Positions 1 to 12,830 of a stretch of DNA of 64,000 nucleotides are shown piece after piece; position 1 is the stretch's first letter, and every line of letters begins with the position of its first letter. Where the stretch lies: contig NC_086097.1 in the NCBI RefSeq assembly GCF_963921235.1, positions 160,520,001 to 160,584,000 of the forward strand, read 5' to 3'. Source of the stretch: Mobula hypostoma (lineage: Eukaryota). Below the pieces are notes generated by a model that searched no databases, was not told where the DNA came from, and saw only the letters and a program-made list of their open reading frames with translations. The position numbers and the translations under genes were made by a program.

Positions 1-285
1 AGTATAGGCCCTTCAGCCCACAGTTTTGTGCGAACCCTTTAATCTACTCCAAGATCAATCCAATTCTTCCCTCCTGCATATCTTTCCATTTTTCAGTCAT
101 CCATGTGCCTATCTAAGAGGCTCTTAAATGTCCCTAATGTATATACTTTGACAACCACTCCTGGTAGTGTGTTCCATGCACCCACTACTCTCTGTGTAAA
201 ACTCCTCTAACTACCTCTACACTTTCATCACAATTACCTACCTTAAAGTTATACCCTCTTTTATAAGCCATTTCCATGCTAGGAA
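1..285 (-). mobile_element. CR1 LINE 3' end fragment, truncated by the window edge
   Basis: Reverse complement matches the CR1 3' UTR seen on + at 55850-55945 (gattgatcttggagta...gcacaa...gtgggc.gaagg). Confidence 0.75.
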
Positions 286-452
286 ACAAAAACAAGTGTA
301 AAAGGCGACTTTAGCTTTTACTGAACAGGTCACAGCTGCTCTTTAATCATTGATTTTCATGGATTGACTAAATCAGTTGGTGGATTTTAGTAGATCAATG
401 ATCTGAAACACAAATTCTATTCTTTATTTATGCCTAGAATGGTATTGTATCA

Positions 453-548
453 ATAGTAGTTACTGCTGCTGCCTCTCAGCCCTAGGAATCTGGGTTAGAT
501 TTTGACCTTGGGTGCAGCCTGCATGGAGTTTGCACGTTCTCCCTGTGA
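453..548 (+). mobile_element. HE1/V-SINE-like tRNA-derived SINE, 5' fragment
   Basis: ctgctgcctctcagc...ctgggttagatt...tggagtttgcacgttctccctgtg: tRNA-like head plus start of the V-domain core. Confidence 0.7.
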
Positions 549-873
549 ACTAATGTAAATTAAAATCATCAGCATGAACAATAAAGTGGCTATTTCACTT
601 TATGGTTAACATTAATATATGCTAATTTACATTTAGTACCAACTCTGCTCAAATACATGTTCCGCTTTGTTTGCAAATACGTACAACACTGTGAGCAACA
701 TTTTTGAAACTTTGCTGAACAAGTTCTTACACACATTTAAATGGGACCATTTTCTATGTTTATCACTTCAGAGACATGAATGGCACCTGGTATCCTGAAG
801 TGCTTCAGATCACCTGAACCTTTTGCAAGTAACTTCATTGCCTTTCTCTATGTTAAGTGTTTGCTCAAGTAAT

Positions 874-1075
874 GTCACTGTGGCCCAGCAGTCAGTGGGG
901 CAGCGACACACTTCTTGAAATTCAGGTTTGATCCTGACCTCAGATGCTGTCTGTTGGAGTTTACTTGTCCTCGCTATAACTGTATGGGTTTTCCCAGGAG
1001 CTCTGGTTTCCTCCCACATTCCAGAGATCTGCTGATATGTTCACTGGGTAAATTTCCCCACACGTAGAGGGTGAG
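874..1075 (+). mobile_element. HE1/V-SINE-like SINE, diverged
   Basis: caggtttgatcctgacctc...tggagtttac...tgggttttcccaggagctctggtttcctcccacattcca (V-domain motif). Confidence 0.75.
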
Positions 1076-1136
1076 AGAGTTAATAACATGTGAAGGTGAA
1101 TAACGGGATAAGTATCTAATGGCAATATTCTGAGAT

Positions 1137-3415
1137 TGTCAGGCCTGCACATGTAGGCACCTCTCATCGCCTCCCAGCTAATAGGATTCACCTGTCACTC
1201 GTTGTAAATTCATCATCTGCAGCCTATTTAACCCCAGTACTCATTGCTAGTCCTTGTTCACTTATTAACCAGCTGCTTCTAGCTTTCACACTATTGTCTG
1301 TTGTGTTTAGTTTCTGTTCTCTCTCGTTTTGTAACCTCTTGTAGCTTGTTATTTTGTGGTCTATTATTAAAATTACTGTTCACTGTTGAATTCTCTCTGC
1401 TGCTCAAGTTTCCTCTGCATTTCCTGACAGGATGAGTAAACCAGTGATTGACCCAGCAGAGTATGCTCACCTAAAGGAGGTCATCTACCGACATGAACAC
1501 ACAATCCAGAAGCAACAGGAAACCATTGATCACCTGGCCGCCACTTTCGTCTCACTCTCCGCCTCGATGCAGCAACTCTGTGACAGTCAGCCTCCTCCCT
1601 CTGAGCCTCAGATTCCTGTGCCCGAATGCTTCAATGCATTGCCATCCTGATGCTACAACTTCATCCCTCAGTGCATCTTCATCTTACACTTCGAGCTCCA
1701 GCTGTCTCTGTATTCTACGGACCGGGCCAAGATCACCTTCCACATTTCTCTCCTGACCAAATGGAACAATAAAGCCAACAATTGCAACAAACATGAGGAT
1801 TTCCTCACTGAGATGCATGGGATTGCAACCATCCCAGAAGTTGAAAGGAGGCAATGGATCGGATACTTTGTCTGTGCCAAGGCTCATGCCCTGTGCTGGA
1901 TTACATCATAGAATTCAGGACCCTCAGCTGCATGGAAGTGTTGGCAGCCACACGCTCTGATGTGCTTCAATGGGACTATTCCTCACTCCTTTCTGACCAT
2001 CCAGGTGCATGTCAGACTCTGGGTTTTCTGTGACACCAGTTCTGGTGGGCACACCTTGATCGCAGATGTACGCCAGTTTGTCACTGCCTGTTATCAATGT
2101 TCCCAGTTCGATCCCTCCAACTAGTAGCCCTCTGGGCTCCTGTGCCTCTAACAGTCCCTTGATGCTCATGGTCCCTCAACATCATGGACTTCATCAGGGG
2201 TTTGCACCTTCCAATGGGCCATGGCGATCATGACAGTGGTGGACCAGTTTTCCAAGGTGACCCACGTCATTGCCCTTCCCAAACTTCCATCACTGTTGAG
2301 ATAGCGGACTTGGTTCTTCTACATGTAGTTCACCTCTTAGCACATTGTGTTGGACCAGGGCCCACAATCTGACTCCTACTTTTGCTCACTCCTCCACACC
2401 TCAGTGAGTTTGTCCTCTGGCTATCATCTACAGACCAACAGTCAGTCAGAAATAGCCAATCAGCAAGTGGAGAAGTTTCTGCAATTCTTTGTTGCTTCTA
2501 ACGTGCAAGTATTATTTGGTCTGGACATAGCTGTCCCACAATCTACACATCTCCTGTACCATGGGTATGTAACCCTTTGAAATGCTACATGGCCATCAAC
2601 CCCCACTGTTCCCTGCAGAGGACCCCATAGTGGAGGTCCTGTCCACCAGGCCTTTATGTCGCCACTGTTGGAATACATGTAGGGGGGCATGGAAGGCTAC
2701 CCTGATCTGGATGTCCACCTGAGATTTGCCCCTGCACACAGACTCCCACAAGCTCTCGCAATGGACTCATCAAGATCACCCACTGCATCAATCCAGTTTC
2801 TTACTATCTCCAGCTGCCACCATCCCTCAGGATCACATCTACCTTCCACTCAACTCAAGAGCCTAGCTAGGATGGTGGGAGGTTGCCTGGCATACACAGT
2901 TTGCTGGCTGATAGATTTGCATCACTGTAACCCTAATGCATGGTCAACTGGTCAAGGCACAGCCCAGGGGAGAGGATTTGGATGCTGTCCAGTTACAACT
3001 TGGATCCATCATTCATCAAGGCATTCCACCAAACCCACCTGGATAATCCTGGGCTAGTAGGGGCCAGCCTTTGGGGAGGGGGTGTCCTATCAGGCAAGCA
3101 TATGCATGTACCTCCCAGTCTTCACCCAGCTAATAGAATTTATTTGTCACTCATTCCAGTCTCATCCCCTGCAGCCTGTTCAACCCCAGTTCTCATCCAC
3201 ACTCATCAAACTAGCCAGCCTCAACCAGTTGCTCCAAGCTTTCACTTTCCCTGTTTAAAGTTTACCTTGGTGCCTGTTATGAGAAATGAATTTTCTCTTG
3301 TTTTGTAGCTCCTTGTGACATATTATTTTGCGGTCTATTACTAAAGTTGTCATTCACCATTGAATCACCTCCACTGCTCTGCTTTTGGGTCAAGCTGCCT
3401 TTACATTTCTTGACA
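1137..3415 (+). mobile_element. Degenerate, internally deleted Tf1/sushi-type (chromoviral) Gypsy LTR element
   Basis: LTRs 1137-1429 (tgtcagg...tgaca) and 3088-3415 (tatcagg...tgaca). Near-TSD gagat/gaaat. PPT ggggaggggg before the 3' LTR. gag N-terminus at 1432 (DPAEYAHLKE), integrase remnants ~1990-2600, chromodomain remnant (LVNWSRHSPGE...LDPSFIKAFH) ~2890-3040. Confidence 0.85.
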
Positions 3416-3974
3416 GAAATATGGCATAGCCCTCCTGTTATGTTGTGAGAAAATGAAAAATATGAGGAAATTCTGCAGTAATGACTGTTTTCACTAAACA
3501 TAAGGTATTCCTATTAAATGAAAAAAGCAACAGGATCGCAGTTCCTGAGCATACACCTTGCCTATTCATGTGATGCAGTTTAGTGTCAATTGCACATGGT
3601 TAAATGCAATTGCTATCTTTATGAATAGAGAATGAAGAATGATGCAGCATCAATATACATTTTCTCTGGACCTTGTCTCCTTTGCTTAATTAATTTATGG
3701 ATGTTAGTATCCTGGGTAAGGCCATCACTTAATGCCCATTCCCCATTGTCCTTGTGAAGATGGTGAACTGTCTTCTTGAACCACTGTGTCATTAACTTGA
3801 CAATTTATTAATGCATGCAGACTATTGTGGCTCCCTTCAGCTCATATGAAGGAATATCCTGGCATGTTGTTAAGAGGTTCAAATGAGTAGGAAAGTGAAA
3901 GCTGACACTTCTCTTTTTTAATGCTGGACTCATACTGACCTAGAAAACTCTAAAAAGTACATAAAGATAGCATT

Positions 3975-4120
3975 TGAAAGTGACTAATAGTGCCCTTATC
4001 TGCAACAACTATAACACTGTACCACACTAATGCAGCATTCCAGCTGGTAGTTTTTGACACACTTTCAAGGTCATCAGGATTTTAAGCCTAGAGTGACCAG
4101 AGTCAAGTGCTAACCCTCCA
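3975..4120 (-). mobile_element. Very old Deu-domain (SacSINE1-like) SINE remnant
   Basis: Weak resemblance to the reverse complement of the SINE head (agagtcaagtgctaacc; cactgtaccacactaatgcagc). Confidence 0.35.
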
Positions 4121-4724
4121 TCTAATATCCACATTTAAACACACACTGGTTACAATAGCTTGCCTCTCCTGAATTTTCAATGTGGGCAGATGCTGTTGAC
4201 ATCCTTGGTGAGTCAGTGAGTTCTTGTGGGGAATGTGAATGTCATTAAGAGTACTCGAGCATGACAGGTCACCAACATACCAGCTGAGACCTTCGTCTCA
4301 TAAGTGGTAGTGAGAGAAATGAGAGTCTTATCTCCATAGGGAGTATCCTTCATGCACATATTAACATATTATTAATCATCTGGTTTTAAAATTTTGGAAT
4401 ATTCTTTCCTTTGCTCCATCAGGAGAAGAAAGAAGCAAAAAATTCCTCAAAGCATTTACAAAATACTTCATAAACTATTCGGTCATAGGCCTTGACAGAC
4501 TGTATTGAAAATTGAGATTACCAAGTGAGTTGAATTTATTAAAGCTGCAATCATGTAACCTTCAATTCATTAATTGTGGTTTAAAATATAAAATGGAACT
4601 GAGTCACAGATGATCCATATTTTGACTGAATAGCAGAACAGGCTCAAGGGACTATGTAGTGAACTGTACTATAATAGATTGTGTTGTCAAGTTAAAAACA
4701 ACAGTAAATTTCCCAGTGCAGAGT

Positions 4725-6020
4725 CAGAGTTACTGAACCTAACATGGTGGGAAAGTTATTGGAAGGTATCCTGAGGGACAGTACCAACCTGCATTTGGAA
4801 AGGCAAGGACTGATAAGAGGCAGTCAACACTACTTTGTGTGTAGGATATTATGTCTCATAAATAAGACTGAGTTTTTTGAGGAGGCAACAAAGAGAATTG
4901 ATGAGGACATTGTCTATATCTGGCTGTTAGCAAAGCAATTGATAATGTCAAGCATGGTAGGCTGGTCTGGAAAATTAGATCCAGTGAGATTAAGAGTATA
5001 AAGGTAGTTTGGTGGAAGGAGTCAGAAGAGGTTGATGAGGGTTATTATTCAGGATGGAGGATTGTGACAAATGGTGTATCATTAGGATTGGTGTTGGGTC
5101 CACTTTGTCATCTCTATAATGATCTGAAGGACTTTTTTTTTACATGGTTAATAAGTTTGTGGATGACACAAAAATTGGTGATGTGGTTGACGGTGAAGAA
5201 GTTTATCTAAGATTACAATGGAGTCAACTGTAGATGGACTGGGGAAGTGGGCCAAAAAATATCAAATTTAATTTAACTTGGACAAGTGCAAGTTGCTGTA
5301 TTTTAGTAACCTAAACCAAAGCAGAAATTATGGAGCAAATGATAGGGCCTTGGGGAGTGTTGTAGAACAGAGAAACTTAGGGGTACAGGTTCATAATTCC
5401 CTAAAATTGGTGATATGTAGACAGGGTGGTGAAGAAAGCATTCAGCATTCTTGCCTTCATCAGTCAGGGCACTAAGTATAATGGTTAAGAAGCCATGTGG
5501 CAATTGTACAGGTCACTGGTAACAGCACACTTGGAGTAGGATGCTCATTCCAAGTCACCCAGCTTTTGGAAGGTATTTCCTAGCTGGAAAGTGTTTTCAG
5601 AAAAATTCACAAGGTTGTTACAAGGCCTCGAGTTATAAGGAGAGACTAAATAGATTGAGTCGTTTTGCTCTGGAGCATAGGAGCCTGAGGAGTGACCTAC
5701 TATACAAAATCACATGGGGAGTAAATAAGGTGGATGGCTTGGGAGGTCTAAAACCAGAGGATATAGGTTTAATTTGAGAAAGAAAAAGATTCAGAGACCT
5801 GAGGGGTAACTTCTTCGTAAAGAGGATGGTGGGTATATGGAATGAGCTGCCAGAGAAAGCGGTAGAGGTGTGTACAATTACAAGTTTAAAAGATATTTGG
5901 ACAGATACATGGCTAAGAATGGTTTTGAAGGAAATGGGCTGAACACAGGCAAATAAAACCAGCTTAGAGAGACATTTTATTCAGTATTAAGCTTCTATTT
6001 CTATGTTGTATTACTCTATA
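4725..6020 (+). mobile_element. CR1 LINE, 5'-truncated, decayed RT and 3' end
   Basis: VGKLLEGILRD...LIRGSQH...EFFEEATKRIDE; KFVDDTKIG at ~5155; C-terminal FF..RMVGIWNELP; many stops and frameshifts. Confidence 0.9.
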
Positions 6021-6194
6021 ATTCCATGACTCTATCTGCTTGGAGTTAGTATCACAAAATTGGCATAGACTCTAGATAGATTCTCACTCAACAAAATAAG
6101 TGTTTGTAGACAGGATCCAAGGAAATGCTTGGAGGATCCAATTGAGAAGATAAATGTGGAGAATCCAAAATGGAGTGTGTGTGTGGGGGGGCGG

Positions 6195-6430
6195 GGGGGC
6201 TGAGATCACCATTTAAAAATAAGGATTCTCTTATTTTAAACAGAGCTAAGGCATCTTTTCAGAAACTTATGAGTCTTTGGAAAAATATTCCTCAAAGGGC
6301 AGTGGATACAGATTCTTTATATAGTTTAAAGGCAGAAGTAAATAAAGTAAATGTAAGATTACCGGAGATAGACAAAAATGCAGACTTGCAATTGCAGTCA
6401 GCTTAGCCATTTAAGGCTTAAGTAGCCCAA
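6195..6430 (+). mobile_element. Old CR1 3' fragment
   Basis: LWKNIPQRAVDTDSLYSLKAEVNK resembles the CR1 ORF2 C-terminus (compare 25010-25085). Confidence 0.6.
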
Positions 6431-7169
6431 CTGTTTCTAATTCATACATCCATTTCCTAAATCAGTGAGACAATCATATAAATCATAGGGATTGATGTGG
6501 AGTCTGAGCCATCTGATTTGGGGGAAGGCTTAAGGGTATAATGTGAAAAGTGGGAAGGAGGAAGTAGGGAGGGGGGAGGTCTGAGGAATCATGGAGCAGA
6601 CGCCAAATGAATATGGGAAGGTCTGATGAATGCTAGGATTGGAAGTTTGAAGACTGTGGAGCAGGAAGCCGATTGCTGCAGGTTTAACTGAGTCACCAGC
6701 TGCTTCTGCTGGCCCACAGAACTTTCTGGATCTGGCAGTACCCACCTCCCTAGGGCTTCCTGAGTTCCCTAGTCCTGGGAAGTCCAGCCCTCAGCTCTTC
6801 ACTTCCAATCACAATTAAAATACTAGGCAGACGGCCTTCCAATGACTGAAGACACAAAAGGGATATGTCCTTTGAAAACATTGTTATGCAGAATTTAATA
6901 GATTCAAAAAGCTGAGCATTACAATATACAGTATAACAGTACATTATATTGCATGGAGTTGTACTGTAGTGATAAACGTCTTTGCACACGGAAGACACAT
7001 AACCCAAAGAGTTCATTGCAATTGAGCAAAAAATCATAAGTCAAAAGTTTATAAATTGAGGGAATATCCTATTCATCCAAACCCAATCCCATTTGTTTGA
7101 GAAGAGATATGTTCACGGAGGAGTTTTTTGGTAATGTATTGATTTATTTGAACACTAACTATACCTGCA

Positions 7170-7400
7170 TTTACTGAAGGTGATGGTGAGCCACATTCTT
7201 AAATCATTGTAGTCCTCTGTGGAGGTACTCCCACAGTACTGCTGTGTGAGGACATCTAACATTCAGACCCAACCACAATGAAAATATACTGAGATATTTT
7301 CCAAGTCATTGTGACATTTGGTGAGATTCCTTCAGATGACAGTGCTCCAAGCACCTTGTCCTTGGTGATAGCAATCAAGAAAGTGGTATAACAGTTGAGG
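7170..7400 (-). mobile_element. Old CR1/L2-group LINE 3' fragment (related pieces ~3700-3790 -, 28950-29095 +, 34375-34500 -, 36160-36415 +, 62840-63200 -)
   Basis: Shared motif gaaggtgatggtgagccacattcttaaatc / gaagatggtgaactgtcttcttgaacc; heavily diverged. Confidence 0.5.
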
Positions 7401-8239
7401 TTTAAATGACCCTCAGTATGCCTGCAGTAAGCCGTTTGAAAATCATCTCATGTACAGGTGATATAATATTTACTTTGGCGCTAACCTCATAGCAGAGTGT
7501 ATATATGTTTGTATGATCTGACACCAATTAGGCATATTAATTCAGTTTAATATGAGAATCCTTTTAACTGATACAGGTATTAAACGGATTTTCTCAAATC
7601 TCTATTCATCTGAAAGGATAATTGACACTTATCATGGGACAGACTTCTAAACTGCTTTGCATCCTTGGTCTCAGCAATGATTCTGCTCTTATATTGTCAG
7701 CTCTGAACCAAGTTTAGAGGTGACAGATTGGTAGCCCCTTTGAGGTATGCAGAAACTTCAGAAGGGTCTGTGTAATTGGATAACCTTCATTCCCTCAATT
7801 AATCATCTTAATTGGCATTTCACAACAGCTTCAGGAACTTATCAAGGAGTACTGCAACCCTGATACTGACAGATGCTCATATTACCTCTTGCTGGAAACA
7901 CATTTGGAGAGAAACTTTCTGAGTAATGAGCAATTACATTGTGGATTGGCAGTGGAATTGACACTGGCTTATATTGGAGTAAGTAGTTTGCTGTAAATCT
8001 GTAGAACATTAAACAAGATACCGAGGGCTGCATTTGCTGGCAGTGCTATGCCCAACAATAGCTGGCACGGGGAAGTCAGGAGCAAGAGATTTCCCACTAG
8101 CTCGATGATATCTGTTACCACCTCCAGAGGCTGCAGGAGAAGTGACAGCAGCTGCTGAATGTGATGCTTACAATCAAGAATGCATTTTCAAATGAGATAT
8201 TAATAGGAGATGATTACAGAGAAAACTGTGGAACTGTTT

Positions 8240-8770
8240 TGGTGTTGGTTTGTTATTGTAATATGTACTGAAATACCGTGGAAAGCTTGTCTTGCATATG
8301 GTTTGATCAAGTCATTACACAATGACACAAAGCTAGACTAAGGTACAAAATAAAGTGTAAAAGCTGCTGAAAAAGTGCAGAGTAGGTAAACAAAGTGCAA
8401 GATCATAACAAGCTAGATTGTGAGGCTGAACCCATCTTACCATATGAGATCCATTCTAATTACAGTGGGATAGAAGCTGTCCTTTAGCTTAGTGGTATAT
8501 GCTTTCAGGCTTTTAATGTCTTTTGCCTGAAAGGAGAGGAGAAATGAGAGAATGCTCAAAGTGGGTGGGGTCTTTAATTAATCTAGCTACTTTATTGAGG
8601 CAATAGACAGATCCTATTGAGTGAAGATTGGTCCTTGTGATGTGTTGAACAACTCTGCAGTTTCCTGCAGTGACAATGCAAAGCAGTTGCCATACCAAGC
8701 TGTGATGTATCCAGACAGAAAGCATGTATCGATTAGAAATTAGTAAGAGTTGACGGAGATATTCCAGAGG
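8240..8770 (-). mobile_element. Rex1/Babar-clade LINE 3' fragment
   Basis: Minus-strand remnant CLNKVARLIKDPTHFEHSLISPLLSGKR and 3' UTR with aataacaaacc tail. Confidence 0.8.
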
Positions 8771-8774
8771 AAAA

Positions 8775-9585
8775 ATACTAAGACACCACCAGATTCAAGA
8801 ATAGCTACTTCCCTTCAACTATTCAATGCTCAAACCAACCTGCAAAACTTGAGACTCAGTATAGCAACACTATAACCGTTGTAACTGGCACCAGTCCAAT
8901 GAAATAATGCCCACGCAACATCCAGATGTCCTGGAAGATTTACTTTTATTTCTCTCTCTCTCTCTTCAGTAGACACCGTGAAAACTACAAGAAAATAAGG
9001 GGCATTACATTTGAAACATACATCCCTCAGTCTTTTAAAGTCTCTCAAGCTAGTGTCCGCCAATAAACAGGCAGAAGTGTGCTGAAATCAAATAAATCAC
9101 TAAAATGTATCACACTGTTCATATAAAGACAACTCAACAGCATTATATAAAACAAATTAAAAAAAACAATAACTGTGTGCACCTCTTGAACCACATGCAG
9201 AATAAGGTTATTTTAGAGCCATCTGTCTTTCTCTGCATCCAAATTGATTCTGACCCATAATACCACAGTCATGCTTTTATCAAACTCTGGTCATGTGACC
9301 CTTTACACTCTGCATTAAATAAACCTTACATAAAATATTTTAAGGTGATAAATTAATCATACATTTATGACAAAAACATATAAACATTTCAACGAAACAC
9401 GTCCCTGAGACAGTTACAACCATTTTTACCACTTAGCACAATAATGGTCTAATTTTGTTTAATTTATGTTTTTATGAATATTGTTTCTCTAATGCTTTGT
9501 GCCTGTAACGCTGCTTTAAAGAAGTTTTCCATTGCACCTGAACTTGTGTATATGACAATAAACTCAATTTTCACTTCGACTTGTT
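8775..9585 (+). mobile_element. Rex1-clade LINE 3' tail, split by a solo LTR
   Basis: TTRFKNSYFPSTI (caccaccagattcaagaatagctacttccc) and terminal gacaataaactc; interrupted at 8880-9418. Confidence 0.7.
8880..9418 (-). mobile_element. Solo LTR
   Basis: Perfect 8-bp inverted ends TGTAACTG...CAGTTACA; 5-bp TSD accgt/accat; minus-strand AATAAA ~70 bp from the 3' end. Confidence 0.85.
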
Positions 9586-9914
9586 CTTTTTGCCTTAATG
9601 CCAGTGGGCCACCTGAAGCACATCAGCAATGCTGAGGTAGTCATGGGGATGGGTAGCATGCAGTGTTGATTTTTTTAAACTAAAATCTTTCTGAAGTAAG
9701 GTGCTGTATTTATATAACACCATTCTGTGGCCCAGGAGTCATGAGCTGTGCAGCAGTGCCTTGGGCTCTGCACTAACTTTTCTCCCTAGACACCATTCAA
9801 AATAGCAGCATACCACCGGAATTCTGGTGCACATCTGTTTGACAAGGCAACCAACACAGAACGAGTCAATATTTTCAATGATCAACTTTAGCTATTTATA
9901 CACAGCAACCAGAA

Positions 9915-10825
9915 CAAGTCAAAGTTGAATTTATTGTTATATGGTGCATTGAAAAACAGACCTGTAGCAGCATCACAAACATATTATATTAGAGGCACAA
10001 TATTCATGAAGAAAACATAAAATACAGTACAGTGCAAAAGTCTTAGGTACTCATATATTGTTAAAATATATATATATATAGGCTAAGACTCCTGCACAGC
10101 ACTGAAATAATTTTATGTATTGCACTGTACTGTTGCTGCAAAAAAAAATCTAATTTTATGACATGTGAGTAATGATAAACCTGATTCTGATATAGGTTTC
10201 TGTTGTGTACTAAGAGTGGGCAGGAGGCAAAGAGGGGAGAATTGTGGTTAGGAAAAGGGGAAGGGAGAGGGGAGGGAGCAGAAAACAACAAAGAGACATT
10301 CTATAATGATCAATAAATAAATTGTTTATAATCAAATGTCCTTGCCTCATTCTCAAGACTGAGTGTGTCTGCACCGGTGACCACACCCCCTCCCACCCTG
10401 GCACCTTTTCTGACACCTGTCCCACCCCCTCCTGGGGCACTCCACCCTCACCACTCCCAACATCCTTTGCTCCCAACAGATTTACAAATTCGCTCTCTGT
10501 CCCATGTAGACAAATACAGTACTGTGTAAAAGTCTTAGGTCCCCTAGCTATATACATGTGTCTAAAACTTTTGCACAGTACTGAAAATGAAACTACACAA
10601 GACATAAAATTAAATGGTAATCCATCGTAGAGCTGTGGTCAAAGTGGTCATACTATTCTTTACTGAGGTAACTAGGGTTTTGCATGTTGGTTCAAAAGCC
10701 TAATGGTTGAAGGGAAGTAGCTGTTCTTGAACTTGATGGGGTGGGACATCAGGCTTCTTTACCTCATGCTGATGGTAGCCTGCAAGAAGATAGCAAGGGC
10801 TGGATGGTGGGATTTGCAAGAAAAA
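9915..10825 (-). mobile_element. Rex1-clade LINE 3' end, split by a composite MITE
   Basis: aagtcaaagttgaatttattg tail; ttgaagggaagtagctgttcttgaac is antisense of FKNSYFP. Confidence 0.75.
10025..10583. mobile_element. Tc1/mariner-like non-autonomous composite: two mini-MITEs (10025-10104, 10517-10583) flanking ~410 bp
   Basis: Each mini-unit is CAGTAC(A/T)GTG(C/T)AAAAGTCTTAGG-(TA-rich spacer)-CTAA(G/A)ACT..TGCACAG(T/C)ACTG and is preceded by TA. Confidence 0.8.
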
Positions 10826-10964
10826 ATGATACCTATTACAAAAAAAGTTATATGTCTCACAGTCCATGTGGTGAAGCCATACTTGTAATATTATTAGATA
10901 CCTCCCTCTGCAATTAGATCCTTGACTTTTACATGGGTGAGCATAATTATTACAAATCAGTAAT

Positions 10965-11890
10965 AACATCTCATCCTTGCTAACAATCAACAAAGGCGCT
11001 TCTCAAGGTTGCGTGCTCAGTGCAATTTTCTACTGTCTCTATACTTATTATTGTGTGACTAGGCATAGCTCAAACAGCATCTAAAAATTCACAGATGATT
11101 CCACTGTTCTTGCCAGAATCTCAGATGTGATGAGGCATACAGGAGTGAGATAGATCAGTTGGTTGAATGGTGTCACAACAACAACTTGCACTCAACATCA
11201 GTAGGATGAAGGAATTCACTGTGGAACTCAGGAGATAGAAGTCAAAATCTGCACCAGTCCTCCATGAGGGGACAGCAGTAGAAAGAGTGAGCAACTTCAA
11301 GTGCCTTGGCATCAACATCTCCGTGTATCTACCAATGGGAAAGCATATTGATGCAACCTTGAAGAAGGCACATTGCACACTAGTGGCTCTAGTGCATTAG
11401 GAATTCAAAGAGAATTGGTAAGTCACTAAAGACCCTTGCAAATTTCTACAGATGTATGGTGGAAACATTCTGACTGGTTGTTTCACAAACTGGTATGGAA
11501 CCTCCAATGCACAGGATCACAAGTAGCTGCAGAGAGTTGTAAACTCAGCCAGTTCCATGACAGGCACAACCCTCACTGCTATCAAGGACATCTTCAAGGG
11601 TTGGTACATCAATAAGTTGGCATCCATCATTAAAGACCCTCGCTGTAGGGGAATGCCATTTTCACATTACTATCATTAGGAAGGAGCCTGAAGACCTAAA
11701 CTCAACATTTTAAGAACAGCATTTCCCCTGCCATCAGATTTTTGAATGGTCAATGAACATCAATTTACTATTCATCTTCTGCACTATTATTTATTGTTGT
11801 AATTTTTGTAACATTTATGTAACTGTACAGCTGCTGCAAGACAATACATTTCACAACATAAATTGATTATAAACCTAATTTTGATTCTGA
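10965..11890 (+). mobile_element. Rex1-clade LINE, RT C-half and 3' UTR, decayed
   Basis: GASQGCVLS; KFTDDSTV; VERVSNFKCLGINIS; tail aaacctaattttgattctga. Confidence 0.9.
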
Positions 11891-12417
11891 GATAGGAATA
11901 TCTCAAAATTTCTCCAACAATAATGAAGAAGCAGGTTGTATATCCACATTATAATGGTTAATGACCTGATGTGGATATTGGGAATTAATAAATTTCCCAT
12001 GAACTACCTACTGGTCCGTGCAGATACCAGGAAACTTTAATATGCATCAAACTGCCAGTAGGATTACTAGTCCTTCTGTAAGGACCTGGAATGTCCAGAA
12101 ATTAAACACTAGTTTTCTGAACACTGCTGTAAACAGCCCAAGAATAGAAGCACTGGAGCTGTAAAAGGAAACATTGTGACTTTTTAAATATCACTGGACA
12201 GAAATTTTTTTGAAAGTGTTGCTCTCTCAAAATTTTTTTGTGGTTAGGATAGACTGCTTGAAGACAACTTGTATCATGCAAGAATTTGGAGAAACAAGAA
12301 AATTACCTTTTAGTGAATATAAACAACAGGAATTCTGCAGATGCTGGAAATTCAAGCAACATACATCAAAGTTGCTGGTGAACGCAGCAGGCCAAGCAGC
12401 ATCTATAGGAAGAGGTG

Positions 12418-12455
12418 CAGTCGACGTTTCAGGCCGAGACCCTTCGTCAGGACTA
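12418..12455 (-). ncRNA. Minimal type I hammerhead ribozyme motif, core intact
   Basis: Minus strand UAGUC-CUGACGA-AGGGUCUCGGCCU-GAAA-CG-UC-GACUG: stem I, conserved core, stem II, palindromic ACGU helix III. Confidence 0.85.
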
Positions 12456-12830
12456 ACTGAAGGAAGAGTGAGTAAGGGATTTGAAAGCTGGAGGGGGAGG
12501 GGGAGATGCAAAATGATAGGAGAAGACAGGAGGGGGAGGGATAGAGCCGAGAGCTGGACAGGTGATAGGCAAAAGGGGATACGAGAGGATCATGGGACAG
12601 GAGGTCCGGGAAGAAAGACAAGGGGCGGGGGGTGACCCAGAGGATGGGCAAGAGGTATATTCAGAGGGACAGAGGGAGAAAAAGGAGAGTGAGAGAAAGA
12701 ATGTGTGCATAAAAATGAGTAACAGATGGGGTACGAGGGGGAGGTGGGGCATTAGCGGAAGTTAGAGAAGTCGATGTTCATGCCATCAGGTTGGAGGCTA
12801 CCCAGACGGAATATAAGGTGTTGTTCCTCC

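Noticed and set aside
453..548. tRNA gene (also 874 and 42505)
   Set aside because: Degenerate tRNA-derived SINE heads running into the V-domain; no cloverleaf.
4423..4524. Exon-like segment with a good acceptor and CAA|gtgagt donor
   Set aside because: Stop codons in all three frames; a non-coding exon cannot be supported from sequence alone.
6747..6846. Minus-strand exon-like segment
   Set aside because: Stop codons in all three frames and no recognisable protein.
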